Positions 12,169 through 25,797 of a DNA stretch of 64,000 bases are shown here, piece after piece. The first letter of the stretch is position 1; each line of letters starts with the position of its first letter. The position numbers and the translations under genes are program-made. The DNA is from Pocillopora damicornis (taxonomy: Eukaryota). The DNA lies in the NCBI RefSeq assembly GCF_003704095.1, contig NW_020843402.1, positions 186,001 to 250,000 on the forward strand. Reading direction: 5' to 3'. The notes beneath the pieces were generated by a model, which was not told the DNA's origin, made no database searches, and was given only the letters and a program-made list of their open reading frames with translations.

Positions 12169-15100
12169 AAATAAAATCAGACCTCTTTTCGCAAAAACTT
12201 CTCCGACTTACACATGGATCCTATCTTTATTTCTCTTCCATGAAAGCGGAGTATCCGGAGTAGAAGGAAACAAAAAAAGATGAAATCTACCATTGAATTA
12301 CTTAAAGTAGTTCAAAAGGTTTTGTCCTGGAAACTCAGTTGCAGGCCACAAGAAGCTTTCGTATCGGACGGAATCTAGATAACCGTTACGTGGACGATCC
12401 CGTGACCATCCACCGATAGACGATTACTACTCCAGGATAATTAGACATAATTGATAACCTGGGAAACTATTTCGTGTTTTAATGTCACCTGTCTTTTGAA
12501 AGACATGTTTAAGTGAACAAACGTGTTTAGCTTGTTTTGGCTTGGAGTTTTTATGCTTTTATGGCACCCAGAAGCCATTACGTAGCTTTTTTTATCAAGC
12601 TCACGGTACTTTTTCGTTATCCATTTGGACAAAATCGGTTCGGTCTTCATTTCAATGTTCGAGTTGATCACCAGTTATCAAAATGCACTAAGTATCTCCA
12701 CCCAGCTGAAGTCTTTAACACGATCTGAATAAGACATTGAGAAGTCTTATTTCAGTCAAGTTCTATGGCCGATAGCAATAATACCATGATATCCTAAAAA
12801 CAGGATATATCAATAATCGTAAATTAAAAGAAAAGAAACCTTTCATCGTTAATTTTTGTTGCCAAATTTGCCTCAGGATTCGAGTGTTTCTTGATTACAA
12901 CATCATTTGAGAAACACGTATGTCTAAGCCAAAGGCTAAACTTTAAAAGAGATAGTAATAGTCATGTCCGATGTTGATGTTCACTGATTGATCTTTTCAA
13001 ATCGTCCATAAAACAGCTGTCTTACTTGTCTACGCGATTGACTCTTTCCGTGACGGCCTTCCTTCCGTCACTAAGATCGAGATTTCAATCTCAATTTTTC
13101 CAGGGAGAGTATTTTTTGCAAATGTTTTTTTTGTTCCTAAATATGACATTTATTGTTTCCACGTTTTTCGTGCCTTTTTTCACGCAAAAAAAAAGAATTA
13201 TAAGCAACAATTTTGTTCGAGCAAATCCATTCGCAACTGAAAGTTGATCTGTAAGATGATTGACGAGAAATATTAAGTTCTCAAAAAACGGCAGATCTGA
13301 CGTTTGACCTCTTTCCAAAGAAATCATATCATACTGAAAAGTTGAATAATTTAATTCCACCTACTTTGTACGTTCCATTTATTCCAAGGCTGCTTGATTT
13401 TCTTCCGAAAAGCAACAGATTTTGCGCTTGTGATTCAAGCTGTGAGGCGACTCGGAAAGCTGGTCGCAGAAATGAATAAGTAGCACAAGCGGGTAAGTAA
13501 TTGATAGCTGGAATATTTTCAGGTAGCGTTGTTGTTTTTTTAGTTTTTCTGTCTGTAACCCGAAGGTAACTTTCCTGCAAACATTTTAGCAGTAATTGAA
13601 TAATGGAGCAGAATAGCGTCAGTAATAATATCATGGCCGCTTAGTTTGTTTTTAATGACCATATTTTGCAACTCAGACTGCAGATACTCACTGCTGGTGA
13701 GATGTCAGTTCATGCAAATCATCTTGCTTAAGGAATAGCTTTCCCTCTAATCTAACTATCTTTGTCCTTAGGCTGATATGGGACAAAAATACCAATAACT
13801 ATTGGAGACACTTGACGTAATCTAAAAAATAACACAAAGTGGTCTATTTGCCCGCAGAGGACAATCAAGAAAGCTTTTATGTTTGTTTTTAAAACAGCTT
13901 TTAAGGTGAAGGTAGCTCTTGTTATCGCGGAAATTTTAGCCAGCATGCGTAGCATTTGTTGTGGACATCGTGCTATGTTCGAGTCTTTAAAAAAAAAAAG
14001 GGGCTTCCTTGAACTCAAATTAGCCTTGTCTGCCGATCAAAAACATAGAGCACTACTTTACTTTACTCCTCCTCCCTCGCAAACATTTTTAATCACGCTT
14101 GATTTGGCTCAGCCACGCACCAAAGATATTAATTTGAATTTGGAAGAGACGAAAAAAATCACGGCAAAATGAATGGTCAATGATATATTAATCTCATCCA
14201 CTCATTCACAAGAGAAGGTTTCCCTTTGATTAGTTGGGAATAAAAAATTAATGTAAAATGAAAGGCTTATCCAATTCCTTTTGCCTTAGCTTCTATACGA
14301 GGTAACATCACATTAGTTTTACTGAAGCAATTGGATGTGCTTTACAGCGGGTAAGAAAATGTTTATAATACTAAGTAAGACAAAATTTTACCTTTGTTTA
14401 AAGACTCGATTACTCTTTGTTTAAATGTTGTCTGAGGGCTCTCTCTTCCCACTCTAAGCTGCACTGATGGCGGGTGATTAAATGAGTCTAAAAGACCAAA
14501 AGCTAAGTTGGACCAGCTCATATCAGTAACATTATGGAGTACTTTCCTGTCCAATTGCGCTGTCATATAAGTTTACACAAATCATTTATATTTGATATCA
14601 AGTGTGTGGCCGCATCTACACTTAAAGCTTTTTCGGGTAAAAACGACAATTGAATCGGTGTGGCTTCGTTAAAGCTGTTTATCTCTAAATCGCTTCGAAC
14701 CAATTGGTGCTAGTTTCGTCACCAAACTTCATTGCCTCGACATTTTTGCCAAGAGCCTTATTGTTTTCGTCCCCCATGTACTCCAATTTAAAGCAGCTAA
14801 TATATATGCAGGATGTTTCTTGTCACTTATGGACACTTGTCGCGCCCAAGGAAATATTCCATCATTATTTATACTTGATTACCATATCAGCTGTCCTTTT
14901 AAGACAAGTTTTCGACCCAGCATAATTTAAAACCGGGGTGATATTCACGCCAACATCGAAAGCTTAAATGCAATTCAAGACAATTGTGCGCGGATTTTTT
15001 TTTTTAGTTTTAAGAAGCTGATGTTTTGCTTTTAAAAGCAGTGCCTCATTACGTTAAATCCATCAGCGTTGCTTTCATAACGACCAGTTTGTGTTTAAAG

Positions 15101-18100
15101 AGCAGCTTTAATCAATTTCTTATGGAAAGCTTTAAAGCAATTTAAGAGAATCGTGCGATGAGTTTTTTGAGTTAAAGTAGCCCATGTTTTGTTTATAATA
15201 GCAGAGCCTAATTGCTTTACATGCAAAGAAAGTGGAAATGGCAGAAAGTTCTGTTGTCAAACTGTGTCTGAATATTTAAGACAAAGAGCCTTTTTTATTT
15301 ACATTTGCGGCTGTAGCTTATTAGTAATCAAAAAAAAAAATGTGGTGATATTGTCACGCACAGTTCTCGTAAATTATTGACGGTAAATTTATTTGACTCT
15401 GAATAAGGCTGGCTTGTACGATTTTCATCTAAATATCGCCATTTAGGTAAATGCAATGTTTCATAAATTCGGTGTTTCATTCATAATAGCAATAAGATTT
15501 ATGGGGTCCCTATGAAGCAAGCGACTGGTAACTTTTATTGGGTTAATGCCAGTGTATTCTAAAGTAATTCTATAACCGCATTTAAATCCTTTTTCCTCGC
15601 CTTTCCCATCGATAAAATATCGTCCTTAGTGCTTTAATGAAATTCTGTGATAAAAGAACGTCTCCTCGCCCCACCGAAGGAAGGTTCTTTATGTATCCCT
15701 CTCAGATATTCTTTATGATAAATATCTTGTCCGTTCTGGTTTTTTTAAAAGTTCTCATTCGCCCGAGGAAACATAATGTTACTTGAGATATCATTAAAAT
15801 ATAGTCGCTAAATCTAAATGGGTTGTTGTGCAATCACCGCAGACAAAGTCGATAACTAATCGCCAAAGATGAAATTATATCATGCACTCAAAACTCAGGC
15901 AAAAAGAAAAGACTCAGTTTCATTACTCGTATCAGTTTTTAGATGAATAACAAATAAAATAAATGCGGTAGTCCTTTTGCAATAGTTCGTTGTATGAAGG
16001 AAATAGAGACGGAGAAAATTGAAAGTATTTGAATGCAATGATCAATCGAAGTATTTATCAATCACCCATCGGTGTTGTGTTCATAACGACCAGTTTATGT
16101 TTAAAAAGCAGCTTTTATCAATTTCTTACGGCATTACTTATCTCCGATTTAATTCGTGAGTTACTCATCGAACAATTTCGAGCTTCGGTTGAGAAAGGAA
16201 AGGATTGCAAAAGGAAGAACTTATTCTATTTTTGGAAACACTTAAGAATAATAGAAATTTGCCATTTTTTTGAAAAGCATTTAACTGCATTAGTTATTGA
16301 ATAGCAGGTGGTCTAAAAAAGCGATCGCGTTACGTCTGACTTTTGTTCGCCTTAAATTATTGATCGGATAAGTCAGAGAGATGGAGAGAGAAGAGAAGCT
16401 TTGCATAAATCATTTTCATGAAAGGTGACGGCTGTTTAAGTTTACAAACAACTCAACTGATATAAAGAGTACTCATCAATAAACGACCTGTTATCTATTG
16501 CGAAAAGGGTGTTTTGTTTACCCTTCTGATGAGTCAGATGTCTGGTTTTTCTCTGAGGTATTTACACAAGTTGCTAACCAAGATGTCAGTATAAAAATTA
16601 TGCATACAGCCATCAACATTAATGCGTGAATGTGTCTGCTTACGATTCATATTCCTAATTAGATTAAGAATAGAAACCCGCCTTCAGAATGCACGAAGAG
16701 TTCCGATTTATTTTAATCAAGTCGGCAGAGTGTTTCATATTCCCTAGAATGAAATATTTTCTTGGAAAACAGAAATGAAAGTCTCAGCTTATCATGATAG
16801 ATTTGATTAAACATGCCAAATAAGGTTAAGGTCAATTTTATCACCATAAACGGAATTACACTAATTTTTTAATTTATCTACAACAGCTCCGATCTCTCTC
16901 ACTTTTATCAGTTCTGTGTCAATACCCAGAAATACGTGATCAAATTATTATTCTAAAATGGGTTCGCTATGTCTAGTATTTCCCCATCCGTGATTTTAGC
17001 CTGTTAGTTGTCGAAACGCTCTCTCATATTGCATCTGCCGTCGGGTAAATATTACATTCCGGGAATATAATACTACAGACTGATAAAATATTCCAAACAT
17101 TGTATTACTGGTTGACAATATTGTGCTGTTGTATAATCTTTTGATTGAGTTCCTTTTCTCGTTTCTTAAAAATTGATGAAAACCGCACAAAACAATAGAT
17201 CAGCAAACTAATGATAAAAATTTGAAACGGTAAATTTTTGAGAAAAAAAGGTAACTTTTCCGAAATACAATGGTTTTGAATGAGTATTGATCAAAATTAT
17301 CCGGTTTACGTCGAAACTACCAAAGATGACTCAAAGGTTTGGGTTTTTGTCGAAACTTTGAGACGAAACATAATTTCATAGTGAAAAGTATTATGATATA
17401 TCATTTAGTATAAGGACATAACCATCTTCCTTACTTTTCCGGCTGAAAAATAGCCGAAAGTGAACTCTTGAAGGCGGATGAAGATTTCTGTACACAGTTT
17501 ACAGAGCAAGAACAAGAAAGCTTACTGCAGTGTCGTATTATTCAATTTTAAAATTATGTTTCTGTAACCTTTTCTCAGGAATAACCACAATTTTTGTTTC
17601 GCGATCAAAAATGCAGGTCACATATTACTCACCTTTTCTAGAATATTGCCCTTGACAATTGGTAATAATAATGAAATAAAGGAATGAAACATTAGCGAGG
17701 TTGGTGAGAATATTCTAAAAGACTCACCAACGTGAAAGGTTTCTCTCACTGCCGCTCTCTACTCTGGGTATGATCTTTCACCTACACCAAGTGTTGTTCG
17801 ATCTGTGGGTGACCTGTATTGTGCGGAACTCTGTTATAGATATCGATCGGCTGCTTGATGTTTTGATGGCCGGTATGATGGCTACAGACATTAAGTACGT
17901 CATTACTCTTTGTACGCATGGGCAATGAGGGCGGTCTCTCAGTTTGGTCGAAGTTAAAGCAATAAACCCTAGTTAATGTCATAACTATATTTAAAGACTG
18001 AAAGCTTCCTTAAACTTCCTGAAAAACCTTTCCAGAAGCCAAATGAAAACAATATTTTATGGAATGAGATATTTGTCTCCGGAGATTTGGAATGTGAATC

Positions 18101-20039
18101 TACTCTTTGTTTCCTGTGTCTGATTGGAACAGAGGGTCTGTTACTTTAGAATCGGTTTTGTCGCGGCTATTCACTTTTACGACATCCTGTCTATAACTTT
18201 ATGGAGATTTTCCCTTTTCAGCTGGGAATATGAGTGGGTTGGGATGGTGGAGGGGGAGGGAGGGGGAACAGCATTCTCCATTGCTGTATTCCTACATGGC
18301 TTACACTCTTACTTTTCAGCCATAAAATCAAGCCATATCATTTCCTCCCCCCCATACTTTAAATTCAAAATACGACTTTCCTTAGTTAGTACTGAGGAGA
18401 GTCAGTGAGAAAATATTGATTCAAACTGGTCAGGTTATCGCAAAGAAATCTTGAGGTCATACAATGCCATTGCCGGCGGTAAAGTTATGCTTAGTAATCA
18501 GATTCTGCGGTTGGGATCTGTCTTTAACGATTTCTTTTCTAATAACGTATTTATGAAAATAAAAAATAAAAATAAATTGACATAAAACTTTAAAACTGCT
18601 TTCTAGACGATGTGGTCGCAAAATATCACTAACGAAGCAAAGTTTTAAGTCAGTCACAAAATCAATGTGTTCAGGTCCTAAGAACAAAAAAAAAAAACCG
18701 CGTAGCAAAGAAAATATCAATATTTACCAGCGGAGCAAGAAATTGCAAAGTTAACTAACCGGCTTTAAATTTTTTAAGAAGGAAAGTTTCTTACACGGCG
18801 GACGAACAAAATAACCTCAAAATGGTGGCTTCTGCAGAGCACTGAATCCTTCTTCTGTCGAGTTGTGAATCTACCATAAAATCTTATTTGAGATTTATGT
18901 GCTCAAAGTTGACCATAGTGATCGAATTTGAATACAAACACGGATACATACAAGGCGGTATTTTTTTCTTAGTTAAAGCAAGCAATCTAAATGAAAAAAG
19001 ATTTAGAATCTTAAATTAATGTCCTATCGCGACTGCAATACAACGACAAGATCAAAGTGTGTGGGAGATGCAAATCAGTTGTAAGCCATGTTGTAGGATG
19101 GCGGAAGATGTTCTTGTTTTGAGCAAGCGTGGGAAAAACAAATAACAGAATATGCCACGTGAATACGATCTCGGTCCAGTTTCGATTTCGGTGTCGATCA
19201 CTTTTTGGGTTAACAACTACGTTACGCTATAACTCAAACATGTCAGAAATGCGCAGTGGATTTAATTTCGGCAGTTTTGATCATGGCAAGAAAATTCCCC
19301 AAGGCCCTTGTCCATCATGTTACCAAGTAACTGCTAAAAAAGAAAACTGCTTGAAAGATTTTGACTCCTTAGGTTACGCAACAAACTTATCTTTTATTTG
19401 CGACCGTGCGCTTTGTGCAGTTTATCTGTCTTGATTATCAAAAATATCTGTTAAAAGGTTCAAAGGTTTCCCAGAATTTGGTAATATCAAGAAATAAAAT
19501 ATTTATCTCTCTACCACACAAAGGAATGAAAACAGTTGTAATCCCCTCGGGGGGAGCGTACTAAAAATGGATTAAACAACCGGCGAGTTGGCTCCTAAGT
19601 GAAACCTACTAATTAAATCACATATGTGAACCGACTAACAGGCGTCCTGTTGGGCCCGGAAAGATTTCGTGCCATAAAAACGCCCTCTTTAACGATCATC
19701 AAATGTTGTTTGTGCCACGAATTCTTTTTAAGAAGAGACCTTCATCAAGGAAATTGACAACGGAATGAATGAGTATCGTTAAGGGTTATTCTTATTCACT
19801 GGCGTCCAAAACTTTGTTCTTAAGATAGTTGTCTGGTATTAGCAAAATAATTCCCACGCTGATACAGGTGCGTGCTTTTCCAGGGTAGAATAGCAAATTC
19901 AAAAGATAAAATACCATCAAATAGAACTAAACCCCCTCCAATTTACTGGACTCATTTATATGTATCATACATGATGCCAAAAACATCAAGACTGATCCCT
20001 TTTTGATGCTATCAACGTTCGTCCCTACTTTCCTAATGA

Positions 20040-20200
20040 CCCCAACCCACACCCACACCCCCACGCCCACCCTTTACCCCCACCCCCACCCCCACCCTTA
20101 ACCCCCACCCCCACCCCCAACCCCACCCTTGACCCCCACCCCCAACCCCACCCTTACCCCTGCCTCATCTTCACATCACCCCCACCCCACCCCACCTTAC
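20040..20200. repeat. C-rich low-complexity tandem repeat (CCCCCA / CCCCAA / CCCTT units)
   Basis: Visible directly: accccc/aacccc/acccttaa units over ~160 bp. Confidence 0.9.
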
Positions 20201-20922
20201 CTTCACCTTTAAGAGGGCATTTAGGAAGCAAGGTTTCAAAGCCGCCAGTCTTGCTTCTGTTATTGACTGAACCCACCCAAGTACAATATTTAGTAATAAA
20301 TTCCAAAAGAGACATATTTAAGAGTGATTTGCCGTCCATAGTTTAGGCATTCAAGAGCTGATATGGGGAAAATATATTTTGTATTTCATTAGAAAGGATG
20401 GCTTCTGTGCATGATGACTATAAAAACTTGCTTGGTAGATCTTCTCGATCGTTGAGCTGTCTAATTATCACTCAAAGACAATGATTCCAGAAAACGTTTT
20501 ACGCCACGCATTTAAAATAATAAACAGATATATTTCCTCTAGTTTTTACGGACGACAGAATTTCAACCTTTCAATTTGAAAACAACTCCCACGCTTTAAC
20601 ATTAATGTCAGCAAGCGAAGCTATTGTCGCCGGTTGAAATAAACCCCCTCTCCAAAAAAAACACCTTCAAGGGATGAAAATTCAAATTCAAAAAACAAGA
20701 GCAATGTTATGAGAAAAACTGCGGACATTGGTATCAAAATCGATAACATTTTCAAAAGTCAATAATATGTTTGCATAGCAATTAATTCAAAAGGGTCATA
20801 AACATGCTCATGTAGCTATAACTGTAGTAATTGTGGAAAACTTCTATCCGGCTCATGATGTAAATTCAGGTTTCAGAAATTGAAAAACACCTCAAACCAT
20901 TAGCAAACCTTTTAACTATAAT

Positions 20923-20929
20923 AAATAAA

Positions 20930-20973
<44 letters not shown>

Positions 20974-21157
20974 NNNNNNNNNNNNNNNNNNNNNNNNNNN
21001 NNNNNNNNNNNNNNNNNNNNNNNNNNNNNNNNNNNNNNNNNNNNNNNNNNNNNNNNNNNNNNNNNNNNNNNNNGGCTAACGCTCGAAACGTCAGCTTTTT
21101 TCCCTTTACGGTGGCTAATTTACGTTTTCAACCTAGTTTTTAACACTAAATTACCTG
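20923..21157. mobile_element. Penelope-derived insertion spanning an assembly gap, with a 14-bp target-site duplication
   Basis: Same family as 11461-12168 (ggggtaagtttctaaagaaactgtggtgctgcgtcggtggga ... ggctaacgctcgaaacgtcagc). CTTTTAACTATAAT is duplicated at 20909-20922 and 21158-21171. Confidence 0.8.
20974..21073. other. Assembly gap (100 N)
   Basis: Run of N. Confidence 1.
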
Positions 21158-22042
21158 CTTTTAACTATAATCTCCATCAATTGTCTAAAGAGGTACTCCA
21201 AGTGCCGGGTTGCACGTAAAGAAAACTTCATTCGCAGGCAAGTTATACCGAGTCAAAAAAATTTGGAAAAACAAGTCTTTTACTTCAGTTTGATATGAAT
21301 GAGATTAGAAATGATCTCAAACCTATGTTCGTCAAAGATCAAGTTGGTTAAAACAAGAGCACTGAGAATGCCCCCGTCATGACTTTACGGGGATCGTGTG
21401 CGTATGAAGTTTTCCTCACCTTTTTCTCGTTTAAAGCAACCGCTTTGGTCCTCTTTATTGTTTCCTTTCTGATAAAAGGAGTTATTCTGAACACGAACCT
21501 AACTACAGTAGAGGTAAAACTGGGCAGATTGTCAATTATGGCTAATATGTGAAGCTGAAACTGAACCGAACGTAGGAATCATTGATCAAACAACAAAACA
21601 ATTCTTGGAAAAAAGCAAAATATCAGGTATCATTTAAACCTTTCATTAATTATTCATATCAGTTACTTTTCCTTTACAAACGTTCTTAATAAACTTTGCC
21701 GGGCCAAACCAGCCGTTCCCCCTTTTTTGGTTATCCTTCAAATTTTCAATAAGTAATATGTTAGGTGTTGTTCTAGGAAAGAATGCAGATTAAAAATCCA
21801 CAAATAATGAGGAGTAAAAGCTAAACTTTGTTGGAAACGTCAGTAAATCTGAACAGTTTCACTTTCATTTCTTCCTTAAAATTTTCGAGCATCCTTTGTT
21901 TTTCTGGTAGGTTAATGAAATGGTAACTTATTATTTCTCCCCTTGAAAGGGCTTATCTGACATCTATTGGCAATGTAGGAATGGGTGAATTGAATTTTAT
22001 TCTTAATCTTGTATCTTACGGAGACGTTTTCTTTGATATTAT

Positions 22043-22250
22043 TGGGGGCAATGTGGTCGAGTGGTTGAGGCTCTGGGCTTGTAATCCCTTTTGCACCGAT
22101 TTCAACTTTTTGGCTGCACTTTGTATAAGGCCAACTAGTCTGCCTCATGTCAGTTAGGATTTTTAAACGCTATGTTTATTTACAATATGTGTTTCTAATT
22201 TGTTTGTATCGGCTCTGAAAACGGTCTCATCGGGGGAGGGATCAATTAGG
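22043..22250 (+). mobile_element. Decayed tRNA-derived SINE
   Basis: tRNA-like head with A-box (gggcaatgtggtcgagtggttgagg), B-box deleted, core gccaactagtctgcctc..cagttaggatt and tail ggggagggatcaatta. Resembles cnidarian SINEs from recall. Confidence 0.55.
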
Positions 22251-22817
22251 CATACACCACGGACAGTACATCATATTTTCCTTTGAGAAATGTCTCCGTT
22301 TTAGTCAGTCCTTAGTATAATGGAAAATAAGCTGGAAATGAAAACCTATTAAAAAGTTGCAGTTTCCTGGCCTTTCTTCAATGACGATCTCAATGTGGAT
22401 CTCTTTCCAGTTTTTTTTTCCAGCCGAATTTACCTGAAGTTCAATATCGTTAGAGAGCTGAATTTTGCCAATAGCGACGCATGCAAATTGAAAAGAAAAG
22501 ACGGGTGTCAACTGACTGTTTATGAAAGAATATGATAAAAATCATGTACACGATTTAAAATGATCAGTTTTACTCACTATACTTAAACAAGTAGTCTTGT
22601 TAAGGACATTACACTTTTACAATTACCATCCAACTCTTGAACTTTTTCCTTGAAAATTATTCCCTTTACGAATTATGAAAATGTAAGGGAAAATGTAACT
22701 TCTAACTGATCAGCAACAAAGACCTCTGGAATAGAATATTTAAATCAATTATTTCTCGGTTCTCTTGGGTATATACAAGCTTAGCCTTGAGATGAAACTA
22801 GTGTGTCTATATATAGA

Positions 22818-23309
22818 GGGTTTACAGTCAAGTCGCCCAGAGTCATCTCGCCCGAAACCTGAGTCATGTTGTCCGAAATTTTAGTTATGTCGCCCGAAAA
22901 AAAAGTCAAGTCGCCCAAAGAAGCAAATACTAAAAAGATCAGAATTTCAGACTGTCAATAGGCAATAACATTGAGAAATTTTTCATCACTAAAGCGCTCT
23001 TTGTTTCCGACAACACCATGAAGATTCTTAAAGCGTTGTTCGTTCCTAACAACAAAGGGAAACGTTGTTCGTTTCCAATAACAGAATACAGCATTGTTCG
23101 TTTGGTATGTGATCGTTTCTTACTCACGGACGTTTCGTAAGCTTGAGAAACTTTTTCTTGGTTTTTAACAATACCATGAATGTATTTGAGTAACGATTCT
23201 AAAAGCGTGGTTCGTTTCTAACAACAAAGGGAAGCGTTCTCCGTTTCAAACAAAAAAATGAAGCGTTGTTCGTTTGGTATGTACTCGTTTCTTGACTTGA
23301 CCGGTTACC
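22818..23309. mobile_element. Non-autonomous DNA transposon, Mutator-like
   Basis: Imperfect TIRs gggtttacagtcaagtc / gacttgaccggttacc. 10-bp TSD TATATATAGA at 22808-22817 and 23310-23319. Subterminal gtcgccc repeats and an internal ~120-bp duplication. Confidence 0.7.
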
Positions 23310-25317
23310 TATATATAGAAATTACCTCACATGAGGTAAATAACGAACTAAATGGCTGTTTGATATTTGATTTTTGACGAACTAGAAAACTGGCCGAGTT
23401 AATTGCGCTCAAAACCTGCTGGGGACTTTTCGTGTCCGTTACACATCTAGCGAAGATCGAAAAAGATTGAAAACAGTTTATGGCGGGCACGTAATGAGTT
23501 TGGTTTTCAATCTCAACGTCAAGGAAACTTAGACTGCTCAACAAACAGACTCGAAACGAATTCCGTTTAAAACTCGGAATCCATCCTGTACAAAGTTTGC
23601 GTATTTCAAGTACCCTCAGTCCGATGTTTGAAACCTCCTTGAGTTTTCGTACCTTTCTCATAACTAAAATAGTGGACCAGACACTGTACTTGAATGACAG
23701 TAATCTTAAAACAAGAGCTCAGTCTTACCTTAGTCAAAATTCCCTGTGATTGAATGCTCTTCAATGAGTGTCCTTCACTCCAATTAGTCTCAATTCAGAT
23801 TTTCGTTGCTGGCCAGGTTAGTTTTTTGTCAAGAGAATTTATGCTCTCTACTCAACGTCCATACTCTTTGCCTGTTTTTATTTGATTTCCGTCCGCCGAG
23901 ATTGCCTTTCAATCACAGATGACAGTTTTCCCAAACCCTGGAGCTCTTTCATCAGTTTTGTAAACGAAAGATGTTTGGTTTGATAAATTAATTCACAGCA
24001 TGAGTAATTATATGAAATGAAATGTCGGAAATGTCTTGAAAGGCGAAATGAAAATTCAGAAACTTGGAAACCAGTCAGAAAAGTGGATAAATAAAACGTG
24101 AATGCGATGTGACAAGTTGTTTCCATTTCTTTCCCTCAACGCAGTTGTCGAATTTTTATTAAGACACTTTGTAAATTGATTCAATAAAGCATTGACCTAG
24201 TACTAACAATGTTTCTTTGGCTCTACCAATAAGTAACGTTGGAAATTTTTGTTGTTTTCTTTACAATAAAACATCAATATTTTGATTGAATTTTGCCCGT
24301 GAAGCAGTGAAGCAGTGATGATTTTTTTAAATTTTATATTACACTGAACTTAGATAGTTACCTACACTGGTGGTTGGTCACTTGAAGTGGAAATAAAAAT
24401 GGATGGTGCGATTAAACCGAGATAATTTCTGCGACGTGTTTTCCTCTCGATAGTTAGGAACTAATTTTACCTGACAAACAAGTATACCAACATGCATTTA
24501 CATTGATCACTTTATTTTTATTAGCCTGCATCCGATGTGACTGACATTTTAGTTATTATTTCATGTTGTCCCGATTGGTCATATTTTCTCACCTTAAATT
24601 AAACTAAGGAAAATAACAATTTATTGTGACCAGCAGAATATCATTAGTCGTGGAGTGCAATCTCATGTCCAACACCTGCATTTTAACAAAAAACAACTGC
24701 CTTTTGAGGGTTCAGGCTCGATTCAATTAATTTTTAATAATCTTTTGTTTTTTAGCGATAAGACCTTATTTATTTATTTTTGCGTCGGTGATTGAAAAAA
24801 CTTAATGAATAATTTTTTATCAGTTCCATAATTGCATCCTTTTGCTTCTTTCAATAAACTTCACTTCCCCTTTTATTAATATCATTCAAAAACTCAGGAC
24901 GAGTTTTCCAGCAAATGGAAGAAATATCATACTAAAAAATACCATACTCTTGTGCATGGAGGAATTAAAATGACGTCCCATGAAATAAAGGTTATCAGAA
25001 ATGTGAGGTATCCCTAAAAATCCGGCGGGAATTTGACATAATAACATCAGCTGGGGGTAAATTACCGATTGAACCTTTATTTTTAAGGAAATGGTACGTT
25101 TAATTTCATTTCGTTAGAAATCATTCATCGCACAAAAGGCTATCGATCGAGCAATTTTATTCTCAAAGAACGGAAAAGAATAAAAAAAGGCCGCTGACTT
25201 GGATAACGGACAGGTGTTAAAATGTTTGATTACCACACCACTTTTCGTCACAACTTCTGAGGTTTTTTTTTCCCAAGAGACCGACCCGACGCTGGTTGAA
25301 TAAATTCGTGATAAATA

Positions 25318-25620
25318 TAAGGGAGGACAGTTATTATTCGTCGCCTGGGGGCAGAGGGGGTCGTAGATTTTGTTAGAGGGGAGAATCACATGGTTATCAG
25401 AGAAAACAGAGGGGGATCAGACATCACCAGCAGAGTATAAATGTGGAACTATAAAAAATTGACTGCAAATTAACTGCCGATGAGGGGTAGGGGGGGTGGG
25501 GAGGTAAGAACATTACTGAACTTTAAGGCGGGATCAAGTAAATTTTATCGTGACAATTAAAATCACCCAACCTCCTCCCATCCCCTCCGCGCGCCGGCGA
25601 TACACAATGACTGATCACTA
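25318..25620. mobile_element. MITE-like repeat
   Basis: Degenerate inverted ends (taaggga..cagttattattcgtcgcc / ggcgatacacaatgactgatcacta) with G-rich and C-rich subterminal arms. Confidence 0.45.
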
Positions 25621-25797
25621 AAGATGATTCTCAAAATGTCACTAAGACCTCAATTACTAAGTGATTGGACGGGTTGGGAATAACAGATCCACACAAACAC
25701 AAATCCCTTCACTTTCAACGTTTAATAGGCGTTCTCTTTTCCCCTACTACAATGATTAGTTTGATACTTCTTGTCCGATAGAAGTCCTCTTGCTTTC

